A stretch of 64,000 nucleotides of DNA from Stegostoma tigrinum (Eukaryota), in contig NC_081400.1 of NCBI RefSeq assembly GCF_030684315.1, positions 8,065,464 to 8,129,463 of the forward strand, given 5' to 3'. A program made the position numbers and the translations under genes. Every line of letters starts with the position of its first letter. Position 1 is the first letter of the stretch. Shown here one piece after another: positions 14,030 through 25,763 of this stretch. The notes under the pieces were generated by a model. It was not told where the DNA came from and made no database searches. It worked only from the letters and a program-made list of their open reading frames with translations.

Positions 14030-17000
14030 ATAGAATCATAGAATTAAACAGATATACGCCATTGAAATAGGCCCTTCAGCTCAAGTTTTACGCGCTGATC
14101 AGGTTTCCTTAAAATGAACTAATCTCATCTTCTCTGTTTGGTCCATATCGCTCTAAACATTTCCTATTCATGTGTGTGTCCACGTGTTTTAAAGAATATA
14201 ATTACACCTGTATCAACAACTTCATCTGGCAGCTCATTCCAGAAAAGCACCACTCTCTGTGTGAGGAGAAAAAGTCCCACAGTTATGTTTTATGTCTTTC
14301 CCCTTTCACCTGAAATCTATGCCCACTAATTTTGGACCCTGCTATACTCTGGAAAAAGGGTTGACCATTGACCGTATCTCAGCACTTCATGATTTTATTG
14401 ATTTTTATAAGGTCACCCCTCACCCTCCTACCCTCCAGAAGAAAAAAGATGTCGTAGCCTATCCAGCATCTCCTTATAACTCCAGCCTTCCAGTTTTGGT
14501 AACATCTTGTTCATCACTGTTGTTGTATTTGAATAACATCCCTTCGATAGCAGACTCCCTATAAACAGGCATCCTAATGTGGTCTTACCAATGTGTGGAC
14601 CAGACCAAACCCCATCAAAGTGCACTAAAAAGATGGCCTATACCCTAGCTTTTTTCTTAAATTCTAAAGGCCAGTAGTAGGCCTAAGTAAAAATAAAAAT
14701 CCCAATGTCTCATAAGCTGTTCACCTTATTGGATTCAAACAGACAATTCACACCTCTGTCATAAAAGCTCTCTTCAAAGGAAGACGCCCAGTACAACTTA
14801 TACCTCTTAAAGCCATAGTATCATTACACCAACGTCTTTTACAGCTGTATTATAATGTACCAAATCCTTTCCTCAATGCCATAACAGATGAATGCATGCT
14901 TGCTAAAAGCCTTCTTCACTACCCTGTCTATCTGTGATCTCACTTTCAAGGAGCTCTGTATTTGCTTAAGTAAGGTGTAGAGCTGCATGAACACAGCATG
15001 GCAAGCAAGGCCAAGATGCTGCTTGGCCTGCTGTGTTCATCCAGCTCTACACCTTGTTATCTCAGATTCTCCAGCCTCGGCAATTCCTACTATCTCTATA
15101 TTCGCTTTCCTAGTTCTCTCTATTCGACAACAGTCTGCAGGGTCTGATCATTAACTGTGTAGGCATTTACCCTTGCTTGTCTTACCAAAATGCAACAGCT
15201 CACTTTTATTTGAATTAAACTCCATGAGCTATTATTTCACGCACCGGCTTTTTGATCAAGATACAGGTGTACTACTGGATCATTTTCTTCACTGCCCACT
15301 ACAGCACCAATTTTTCTTCCATCCACAATTTTACTAAGACTATCGAGTATATCAGCATTCAAATCATTCACATATATGATGAAAGACAGTTGACCCAGCA
15401 CTCATCCTTTTGGCATGTTGCTGGTCACAGCCCTCCACTCTGAAAACCAGCACAGCACTAGCACCCTCTGTTTCCTTCCATTAAGCCAAGTTTGCATCCA
15501 GCTGTTCTTGCTCCACCTGAATTCCATGTTAGCTAGTCTGCCTAACCAACCTACAATGTTCTGCTTTATCGAAGACCTTATTAAAAGTCTATGTAGACAA
15601 CATCTATTGCATTACCCTTACCTATCTTCTTGGTTATTTCTTCAAAAAATGCAGTCAAATTTCTGAGACACGATTTCCTCTGCACAAAACCACACTGACT
15701 ATCCCTATTTGCTCCCTACTTACATTTTTGCTCTTGCTATACAGTAGAACATTAAAGTTTTTGCAACGAAGCAGTCATGCAAAGACTAGAACAAACTACC
15801 CTCCCCCACATTCAACCTCAACTGTGGATCCAGTAGACAATAAATTTGTCATTATTAAATGCAACAAATTAGAAGCGGCCCACTACCTCATCGACAGCGT
15901 TTTCACAGGGATCAAATTCACTAGGGAAGCAGAAAACAACAAATAACTTATGTTTCTGTATGTCAAAGTAGAATGATTGACAAATGGGGAGTTCCAAACT
16001 GCAGTATTCAGAAAAAAAAAAGAACTATTCAGATCAAATCCTCAACTTCCACAGCAACCACCCTAACCCCCAAAAACAAAGCTGCATTAGGACTTTATTG
16101 AAATGAGCCAGGACATACTGCAACACTCCCGAACTATGCTGGAAAGAGGAAGAACGCCCATGCAAGATCCTTACTTTAAATAGATATCCCCACAACTTCA
16201 TCTACAGATGCCTTCAAACCAGGCAATAACAGGGGTCTCAGTACGACCCAACACATTGGCCACGCTGCCCTAAATCAAGAATGTATCGGAACTGATAAGA
16301 CTCCTAAGACCAATAGGTATCATAGTGGCTCACAAGCTCGCAGTCACTCTACAATAAACACTTGCAGGTTTAAAGATCGAATTCCCACAATATGCAGAAC
16401 CAACGTTGTTTACAAAATACCATGCAACGACTGCCACAAACATTACATTGGACAGACAGGAAAGAAACTCACCATTAGAATACATGAACATCAGCCAGCA
16501 GCAAAACGGCACAGCAAACTTCCTCTAATATCGGTACATTCAGACAATGAAGGCCATCAACTTAATGGGGACAGAGTAAACACAGTGTCCCAAGTCAACA
16601 TAAACATGCACGGGAATTCCTGCTGACATGGCTGTCCACCCATATTTCAATCAACCAACATATAGAATTCCACCCCAAATACAAACCCATGCAGATCAAA
16701 ACCGGAAATGACAGTGCACACCACGACAGGTCAGACAGTAAAGATTCCAAGTGGAATAGAATAACATCACTTCATTGGTGGCTCCACTGATGATATCACC
16801 TAGCATGGTGTCAAAACGTCTAAACAAAAACAAACCAGTTCGATGAGCAAGTCAACAACCTCTTACTGTAGAACTTCTTTAGATTCTCCTTTAACTAATC
16901 TGACAAGGCTATCGAGTATTCTTTACTTTTTACCTTCTGATCTCCCACTTAAATGTATTCTTACACCCCGTAAAGTCTTTTAACCCTTAAAGGGGTTAAT

Positions 17001-17250
17001 TTGACCCAAGCTACCAATACCTGACATATGCCTCCTTATTTTTCTTGATCAAAACACCAATATCTTCCATCATCCAGTATTCTCGACTCCTTCCAGCCTC
17101 GCCTTTCAGACTAGCAGGAACATGCTGGCCTTGTGGTCTTGATTTTGAATGTCACCACTTGCCAGGCATCCCTTTACCTGTGAACAGCCCTCCCCTAATC
17201 AACTTTTGAAAGTTTCTGTCGAATACAATTAAAGTTCATCTGTCTCCAAT
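14030..17250 (-). mobile_element. Old CR1 LINE carrying several nested insertions
   Basis: CR1 tail at ~14030 (atagaatcatagaat); RT-like antisense sequence through 15700 and 16870-17250. Confidence 0.7.
15825..16865 (+). mobile_element. Decayed Penelope-like element (Poseidon-like) 3' part with a degenerate hammerhead
   Basis: NVVYKIPCNDCHKHYIGQTGKKLTIRIHEH at ~16400-16495; CTGATGA-tatcacc-tagcat-ggtgtc-AAAACGTC at 16787-16820. Confidence 0.8.
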
Positions 17251-18149
17251 TTAGAATGCTGATATGTATGTGTTGTGTAGATGTGTTGATCTTTATCCTC
17301 ACTTACAACAATGCACATATGATCCATAATTTCACACTGCTATTTGTTCAAAACAGCACACCAATTGCTTTCAGATTATAGTTGTATTTATTTAGAACAA
17401 ACCCATGACATTACAAATTATGCTTGACTCAACATTGTAAATGCTTATTTGAATTATTGTAAAAAATATTTGCATTGAATATTTTTCAGTGAGTTTTTGA
17501 AGTCACACAATCATATCTAAACAGGAACATTATGAGATCAAATGATCTTTTAAAGTGTCTTCGTTTATGGGAAGATGCTGGGAATACTGGAATTTATTAC
17601 CCATTCATAACTGTCCTGCATAAATTTTCACTGTATCAGTATGATCTACTGCGAATCTGTTGTCACTAAAACACTGTTATGTGATGGGTAAGGGCCAATT
17701 TAGTGATACTTCATGAATGACTGCGGAGTACTTCAGAAGGAATCATTTGACTTCTTTAAAACTAGTTAGTTCAACTTCCATTTTGGGCATATCATTCAAA
17801 TGAATTCTTCAGGACAGCTTAAAACTTCATTTTAGGAGTGTTGGAGTAATCTGGAAATAAATGCATCAATTTGTAAGCAACTCACTCTTGCTTAACTTAA
17901 TGAAACATTATGAGGAAGTGAAAACTTGCTCTAAGGTTTTTTCTTGAGATGTTGTCTGTGTGATTTTAAGTATAAGTCCTGGGCAGTTCAAACTGGGACA
18001 CAGATTGTTGATGAAGATTCAGTTGAAGAGGCTGTTGAAATTGGGATCTGAAATTTTCTTATTTTCGAAAAGAAATCACCATTGCAAATTAAATAGCTTC
18101 ATATTTAATGTCAAAGAAGTCGTCAGGATTAAAGCTTCGTTAATTGCTT

Positions 18150-19250
18150 TTAGAAATATTTGCTACTTTCTCTAGGCTCAATTAAGAGGGAATAAGAATG
18201 TACATTGAAGCTATAATGGGAATGAACCCTGACATTAATAATTTGTGTAACGACATAGAGCAAAAGTGTGATAGAAATTGAAAAGTTTGCAGATATCCAG
18301 AAACGGTGCACGCTATTCTGGATAGTGAAACTGGGAGTGTAAACACAGTATACAAGAAAATTGAAGAATCTGCAGGAACAGAGGTGGGTGTGGATCACAA
18401 CAGATGTTTGGTAGCAGTCTGTCAGTTGGATAAGGTGATTAAAACGCCAGATTACACAGTCAAATGTTAAATGACGTATAAAATTAAAAACCAAAAGTCC
18501 TATTATCGACAACAATCATGCGGTAGCTTCGTGATTATGTATGGCACTATTCATCCAAAGGATAAATTGAGTTTGGAGTGTTGAACACATATAAAGGTGA
18601 CTGAGACGGCATACTAATTCACAATAGTTTCGAATATCATTCGTGTTCAGAAGGGAAATGGATTCAAGGCCAGATGAGATTTTCTCCACCGATGGAGCAA
18701 GTGGGGTGGGGTGCAGGGGTTGGAGGAAAGTTAATTTTCTCTTTTCCTCCTTCTCTTATATTACAAGGAAAAGAAGTCAGTTGTTGTTGGTATGGTGCAG
18801 AGAAACCATCCGTTGTTGCAGGTAGAAATGGAAAACAGAGAGCATGAAGAAGCATTTAATGGTTTGGGTTTGTATGTCTTGGGAGAACAAGAGATGAAGA
18901 AGTACTTAATTACCATTAATGCAATTGTGCTGTGTTGTGATGTGGTGAGTTTGATCAACATATTCAACATACCAGTGTGGTTGAGACAGTAAATTTAAAC
19001 TTAAAAATAGGTTGAATGATTTGGATGGTGCAACAGTAAAGAATTTCACCCGATGATGGTCGGGATCTAGACCTCAATTCCTGAAACAATTATGGTGGCA
19101 TATAAATTATTGGGCTGACATCGTGAATAAAAGTATCATGTAAGGTGACAGATCCAGCACAGGGGATTTGACATTGCCTTGGTTACATACTGCTCATGCA
19201 CATATACATCGAAATACTTCCCTCTCTTCTCCATCAGAATGTCGGATCTT
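18150..19250 (+). mobile_element. Highly decayed CR1 3' half
   Basis: Residual similarity to the CR1 ORF2 C-terminus and 3' tail. Confidence 0.5.
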
Positions 19251-19278
19251 AATTAAATGCCACGTGAGCGTAGACAGC
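19249..19278 (-). CDS. Probable terminal coding exon (AVYAHVAFN*) with a tyrosine motif
   Basis: Strong acceptor gctgtccattttctcccttag followed in phase 0 by GCT GTC TAC GCT CAC GTG GCA TTT AAT TAA; the phase matches the preceding cytoplasmic exon. Confidence 0.6.
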   Translation of the reverse strand, partial: AVYAHVAFN

Positions 19279-19377
19279 CTAAGGGAGAAAATGGACAGCA
19301 TTGTGAGTTTAGAATCTTCAGGGTAGTATTGGTGCATTTCATCCTTGGTTCTAACCAACTAATCAATCAGATCATAC

Positions 19378-19404
19378 CCCATCTGTATCGCTGTATGCAT
19401 ACAA
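19378..19404 (-). CDS. Possible 27-nt cytoplasmic micro-exon (LYAYSDTDG)
   Basis: Phase 0/0, donor GGG|gtatga, weak acceptor tctttccattgggaatag; would leave a 99-nt intron before the terminal exon. Confidence 0.4.
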
Positions 19405-19489
19405 CTATTCCCAATGGAAAGATGACATTATAAAAATTGAAGTGAGGTGTTTACTGATTCCTACCCCAAAATGTATGTCATGTTGTTCA

Positions 19490-20600
19490 TAAAATCATAG
19501 AAGTACGCAGTACAAGAAATGGCCTTTAAGCTTATCAAATCTGTATCGGCAAAACTCCACTAGTTCTTCTTTAATCCCACTTGGCCCACATACTTGGATG
19601 TGACTATGTTCAAAGTGTTCATCCAAGTACTTTTAAAGCTTATACGCTTACCTGCCTCAGCATCTATCACTGCCACCAGCCGCCACCCCAGGCAGAGCAG
19701 TCCTTAATGCCAGTGTTCTTTCAGTGTTGTTTACACCCCTCCTCAAATCTATTCTAAATTCCCTGCTTTTCATATTAAAGTGCACCGCCCTTCTTTTGAT
19801 CGTTCAACTCAAGAGAATGTCCACCTTCTATCCATCTTACCTATACCCCTCATAATCTGGCATATCTCTGTTAGGTCTACCCTCAAATCAAGCGCACCAA
19901 ACAGGAACAACAAGAACAACAAAAATCCAGTGTCTCTTTGGAGCTAAATTTTCAAATCCTGTGAGCATCCTGGGGAATTCCAGCTGCTCCTCCTCGCATC
20001 CTTCCGAAAAGCAGTCCCAGCTGTGCCCAAAACAAGGTTCAACACAGTTGCAAAAATATGCCTGCTCTTAGAATGTATGCCACGATTGATAATTATAAGT
20101 GTCTTTATGAGTTCATATCTGTGGTAATAACCTACCATGCTAGGTTCAGGGATCAGTGGAGAAGCACCCCTACATCCTTCTGTTCATCTAAGCTTCAGCA
20201 TGTGATTCAATGAGTGCTCATTCAATGAGTACTCCCTTGTTCTGATACTCCTTCCAAAGTATACCAGCTCACATCTACCAGGGTTAAATTCCAGCAGCCA
20301 CTGATCTGCTGTTCTGATCAATCCATTCACATCCTCATGTAACCTAACTGATCCTTCCTCACTGTCAAACACCTGGCCAATTTTTGTGCATAAAGTTATT
20401 TTCAGTTCTGCAATCACTAAGGCTTCTGATTTCTATTGTTTGCATATACATATCACATACAAGAAGGGACCCAGACTGATTGCTGAGTGATGCAATTGAG
20501 CACAGACATTCAGTCACTCTAACAACATCCTATCACCAGTCTGTGCCTCTTTTTTAGGATCCAATTTATGAATTATTTTGGATTACGTATAATTTCAATT
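19490..20600 (-). mobile_element. Decayed CR1 fragment
   Basis: WLLEFNPGRCELVYFG motif; tail near 19490. Confidence 0.75.
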
Positions 20601-20622
20601 TATTTATCAGTCACATCAGCTC

Positions 20623-21297
20623 CAGAACATAGAATGCCTACAGCGTGGAAGCAGACTATTCTGTCTATCGAGTCTACAAAATCTTGAGGGGTATAGATGA
20701 GGTGGATAGCAATAAGCTTTTTTCCCAGAGCGGGGGAACTCAATTACTAGGGATCATGAGTTCAAAGTGAGAGGAGGAAAGTTTCAGGGAGATATGTGTG
20801 GAAGGTTCTTTACGCAGAGGGTGGTGGGTGCCTGGAATGTGTTGCCAGCGGAGCTGGTGCCGCAGACATGATAGTTTCTTTTAAGATGCATCTGGACAGG
20901 TACATGGATGGGCAGGGAGCAAAGGGATGCAGACTCTTAGAAAATAGATGACTGCTTTAGACAGAGGATTTCAATTGGCGCAGGCTTGGAGGGCCAAAGG
21001 GCCTGTTCCTGTGCTGTAATTTTCTTTTGTTCTTTGTTCTTTCAGTATACACCACTGCTCCAAAGAGTATCACACCCAAACTGACCCCTCTCTCTATGCC
21101 TGCATTCCTGCATTTTCCATGGCTAATCCATCTAACTTACAGGGTCCTTGACCCCATAGGCAATATAGCACTGCCAATCCACCGTAACCTGCACATTTTT
21201 AGACTGAATGGAAACTAGACCACCCAGGAGGAAATGCACGTAGACACAGGGAGAATGCGTAGGGCGCAGTGCTAATCAATGAGCCATCGTGTCACCC
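20623..21297 (-). mobile_element. HE1-type SINE split by a plus-strand CR1 3' fragment (~20678-21042)
   Basis: SINE tail at 20623-20677, core and head at 21043-21297; the intervening piece has the CR1 3' end (ttctttacgcagagggtgg..ttctttgttcttt). Confidence 0.75.
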
Positions 21298-21445
21298 TAA
21301 CATTTGTGACTGAGTTTCACAGTGCTGTATCCTTGGCCCAACTGACTTCAGCCTCTTCATCAATGACTTTATGCCCATCATGAAGTCAGAAGTCAGAATA
21401 TTTGCTGATGTCATAGCAAGGTTCCACAATATTTTCTGTTTTTTC

Positions 21446-22002
21446 TGTACAAAACGCTAGTGTGACCTCATTTGGAATATTGCATGCAGTTCTGGTCACC
21501 CTATTACAGGAAGGATGTGGAAGCATTGGAAAAGGTGCAGAGAAAATTTACCAGGGTGTTGCCTGGTCTGGAGCATAGGCCCTATGAAGAAAGGCTGAGG
21601 GACTTGGGCCTGTTCTATTTGGAGAGAAGGAGACTAAGAGGGGATTTAATAGAGACATACAAGATGATCAGAAGATTAGATAGGGTAGACAGTGAGAGTC
21701 TTTTTCTGAGGATTATGATGTTGGCTTGTACGAGGGGGCATAGCTACAAATTGAGGGGTGATAGATTTAAGACAGATGTCAGAGGCAGGTTCTTTACTCA
21801 GAGAGTGTAAGGTTGTGGAACGCCCTGCCTGCCAATGTAGTTAACTCAGCCACATTAGGGGCATTTAAACAGTCCTTGGATAAGCATATGGATGATGATG
21901 GGATAGTGTAGAAGGAGGGCTTTAGTTTAGTTCACAGGTTGGCGCAACATCAAGGGCTGAAGGGCCTGTTCTGCGCTGTATTGTTCTATGTTCTATGTTC
22001 TA
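21446..22002 (+). mobile_element. CR1 LINE 3' fragment, inserted in an older L2-like remnant (~21300-23270)
   Basis: EYCMQFWSP..LERRRLRGDLIE..FFTQRV; (TTCTATG)n tail. Confidence 0.9.
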
Positions 22003-23719
22003 TATTTGTGACTCCTCAGGTACTGATGTTGTCCATGACCACTTGTCACAAATCTCTGATAATACCTATGCCTGGGTGAAAAATTGACAAGGAACAATCA
22101 TGCCACAATTTTCTGGCATTAATCATCTGCAGAAAGAAAAAAAACTCTCTTCGAGATTCATACCTACACCATCACTGAGCACCCACTATCGTCATCCTGG
22201 GGGTCTCAAATGATAAGAAAATGAACTGGATTTTCACATATTTACTGTGGCTGAAGGATTAAATCATAAACCAGGCATCATGCATTCAGTAATTCACGTC
22301 CTACTGAGCAGAGCCAGTGCATTATCTATGAGGCACAATTCAAGAGTGCGATGGAATACTCCCAATGTTCTGAAATGGGTAATATTCCAACAATGCATTA
22401 AGAACTCGTCACCGTCCCGCCAAACCATCCCACATCATAGCGCCAGAACCACATACAAACAGTTTCTATGAAAGAAACAAGAGTGTAAGACCTGAAGAAA
22501 TAGGAATAAGAGTAGGCCATTCAGATGCTGGAATGTGCTGCGCTAGTCAATACGATTTTACGATTCCTGATATTCATCACAAGGTGTTCAGCTGGATGAA
22601 CACAACAGGCCAATCAGCATCAGAGGAGCAGGAAAGCTGACATTTCGGGTTTGGACCCTTCTTCACCAAGTTATCTCAGATCCTCCAGCATTGGCAGTTC
22701 CTAGTATCTCTGATAAACATATTTCCGTGTTTTTGCAGTAACCTTGAATTTCCTGTCTGATTAAGAATTTTTCTTTCTAAGCCATGCACACAGGCTCTGC
22801 CTCCACAGCTTCATGTGGCAAAGTGTCCAAAATATCATACCACAGGGAAAAACAAAACAAAATTCATCTTCATTTAGTTCTGAAATGGGCAACCCATGCT
22901 CTGAGACAATCCTCTCTGCTCTTAGATGCTTCCTTGAGCTCAGCGTTCTTCTCAACATTTAGGCATCAAGCTTCCAATTCTGTGTCTCACTGCTCTGTAA
23001 TAGCAGTGAGTTCTATCAACAAAGAAGGGCTACAACAAAACAAAATCACCAAAGCACTCCATGCTGCATCTTCCAAATGCATAACTGCTACCATTTAGAA
23101 GGAAACGGGTAGCAGAAACATGGAAATGCTGTTACTTGCTATTTCCCCTTCATGTCACTCATTATTCATACGTGGAAGTATATCACTGTATCATCAGTGT
23201 TGCTAGTTAGAATTGATGAACTTTCTCCCTGATGATGTATGGGTTTCTCTCAATGACTTGGGCTTCAGCAGAGTTAGCTTTCTTTCTCCTTCTCTTGTTT
23301 TTATTTTGCTTTAGCTGTTTTCCTTTTACTTTCCTTTCCCTCTTTTATCTTTGTTTTCATTTCTTTTATAAATCTGGAGAATGGTAGATGAATGCAAGGA
23401 TTTTGGTTGCAGTTGCAGCGGCAACAACAGAAGGACAAGCCAAACATGGCTCCACCCCAGACTGATATCTCCCAGCAAGAAGGGATCAGGCTCCAGGCCG
23501 ACTACCCCAGCACCAACTCACAAGCTAGATCAAGGCTTTAGGTCCGCTGGTAGATCTAGGTACCTGAAGGAGAAGTGGTGACCTCAGCACAATGAGGCAG
23601 TCTGCTGGATTGACAGCCTTGATCCAGCATGGCGGTCTTCTCCTGGAGTGGAGGCATCATCCCCTTATGGAGGAGGTCTTGATCTTTGATTTCCAATTAC
23701 TCGAATTCCCTGGTAGATA

Positions 23720-25005
23720 GTCTCACCCAGGAGTAGGCGTCTCGTACAGGAGCGGGCGTCTCACCCAGGAGTGGGTGTCTCACAAAGGAGTGGGTGTCTC
23801 ATACAGGAGTGGACGTCTCAGACAGGAGTAGGCGTCTCATCCAGGAGTGAGTATCTCATAAAGAAGTGGGCGTCTCATACAGGAGTAGGTATCTCATACA
23901 GGAGTAGGCATCTCATACAGGAGTAGGCGTCTCATCCAGGAGTGGTGTCTCATACAGGAGTGGGCGTTTCATACAAAAGTGAGTGTCTCTTACAGGATTA
24001 GGTGTCTCATACAGGAGTAGGCATCTCATCCAAGAGTGGGCGTCTCATACAGGAGTAGGCGTCTCATACAGGAGTGGACGTCTCATACAGGAGTAGGCGT
24101 CTCATCCAGGAGTGAGTGTCTCATACAGGAGTGGGCGCCTCATACAGGAGTAGGTGTCTCATACAGGAGTAGGCATCTCATACAGGAGTGGGTGTCTCAT
24201 CCAGGAGTAGGCGTCTCATCCAGGAGTGGGCGTCTCATACAGGATTGGACGTCTCATACAGGAGTAGGCGTCTCATCCAGGAGTGAGTGTCTCATACAGG
24301 AGTGGGCATCTCATACAGGAGTAGGTGTCTCATACAGGAGTAGGTGTCTCATACAGGAGTAGGCGTCTCATCCAGGAGTAGGCGTCTCATCCAGGAGTGG
24401 TGTCTCATACAGGAGTGGGTGTCTCATACAGGAGTAGGCGTCTCATCCAGGAGTAGGCGTCTCATCCAGGAGTAGGCGTCTCATCCAGGAGTGGTGTCTC
24501 ATACGGGAGTAGATGTCTCATGCAGGAGTAGGCGTTTCATAAGGGAGTAGGTGTCTCATACAGGAGTGGGCGTCTCATACAGGAGTGGGCGTCTCATACA
24601 GGAGTGGGCGTCTCATCCAAGATTGGGCGTCTCATACAGGAGTGGGCATCTCATCCAGGAGTAGGTATCTCATCCAGGAGTGGGTGTGTCATCCAGGAGT
24701 AGGCGTCTCATACAGGAGTTGGTGTCTCATCAAGGAGTAGGTGCCTCATAAAGGAGTGGGCATCTCGTACAGGAGTGGGCGTCTCGTACAGGAGTAGGCG
24801 TCTCATCCAGGAGTAGGCGTCTCAACCAGGAGTGGGTGTCTCATGCAGGAGTGGGTGTCTCATATGGGAGTAGGTGTCTCGTAATGGAGTGGGCATCTCG
24901 TACAGGAGTGGGCGTCTCATCCAGGAGTGGGCGTCCCATACAGGAGTAGGGGTCTCATCCAGGAGTAGGCGTCTCATACAGGAGTAGGTGTCTCATACAG
25001 GAGTG
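23720..25005. repeat. Minisatellite, 19-bp unit AGGAGTRGGYGTCTCATMC, about 68 copies
   Basis: Direct tandem array; ORF 24036-24362 shows the 19-aa (3-unit) periodicity expected of a 19-bp unit. Confidence 0.95.
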
Positions 25006-25337
25006 GCAGTCAAGGTCCTACAGGCTTCTTTGGCGGAGGTTTCTGGCTCAGTATTCCAGCAGCTTAGCGTGCTGTTCTTGTGCCAGAACGGCGATCCCTC
25101 CAAGGCTATGACTTCAGGCTATTCCATCATTCCTTAATTGGTTTTTTGCCAGCCCAGGAGCTCTTAACTACACTGTAACGAACTTTGTCTAACTTTACAT
25201 TTTTCTTACTATGTATGCCTTCTGATGAAGATTCCGCATTGGGGACACCTGCAAAGAATTTTGATTTATTTTTGTATAAAAGTACATGGAGCAATAAAGT
25301 TCTGTTTCATTCTCGTATGTGCTAAATGCTGACTCAG

Positions 25338-25514
25338 CCAGCTTGAATGAATTGAAAAAAAGTGATGGTTAAAAGAAAACGCTCTTTTGCACTATTCACT
25401 TTTAATGCACCGTGAGGTTACTGTAGTCCAAAACATTAAAACGTTCATTGAAATAAGCCAGAGAAAAGAAATCATGCACTTCCAGGAGAGGGTTTGGGAG
25501 TGGGGAGAGGATTG
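25338..25514 (+). repeat. Arm A of a ~177-bp inverted duplication (partner 33312-33489)
   Basis: Reverse-complement match with about 9 differences counted by eye. Confidence 0.92.
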
Positions 25515-25763
25515 TGTCTTGGTGATAGTATCACGAGGCTGTTTCTCTGCAGAGTAATGTCCTGACTGAGTTCAATCTACCACTGTATAATGTTTACATA
25601 GAACATAGAACATTACAGTACAGTACAGGCCCTTCGGCCCTCGATGTTGTGCCGACCTGTCATACCAATCTGAAGCCCATCTAACCTACACTATTCCATA
25701 TACGTCCATATGCTTGTCCAATGATGACTTAAATGTACTTAAAGTTGGCAAATCTACTACCAT

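Noticed and set aside
23720-25005. CRISPR-like array or repeat protein gene
   Set aside because: The units are contiguous with no unique spacers, the context is eukaryotic, and the ORF is a by-product of the 19-bp period.
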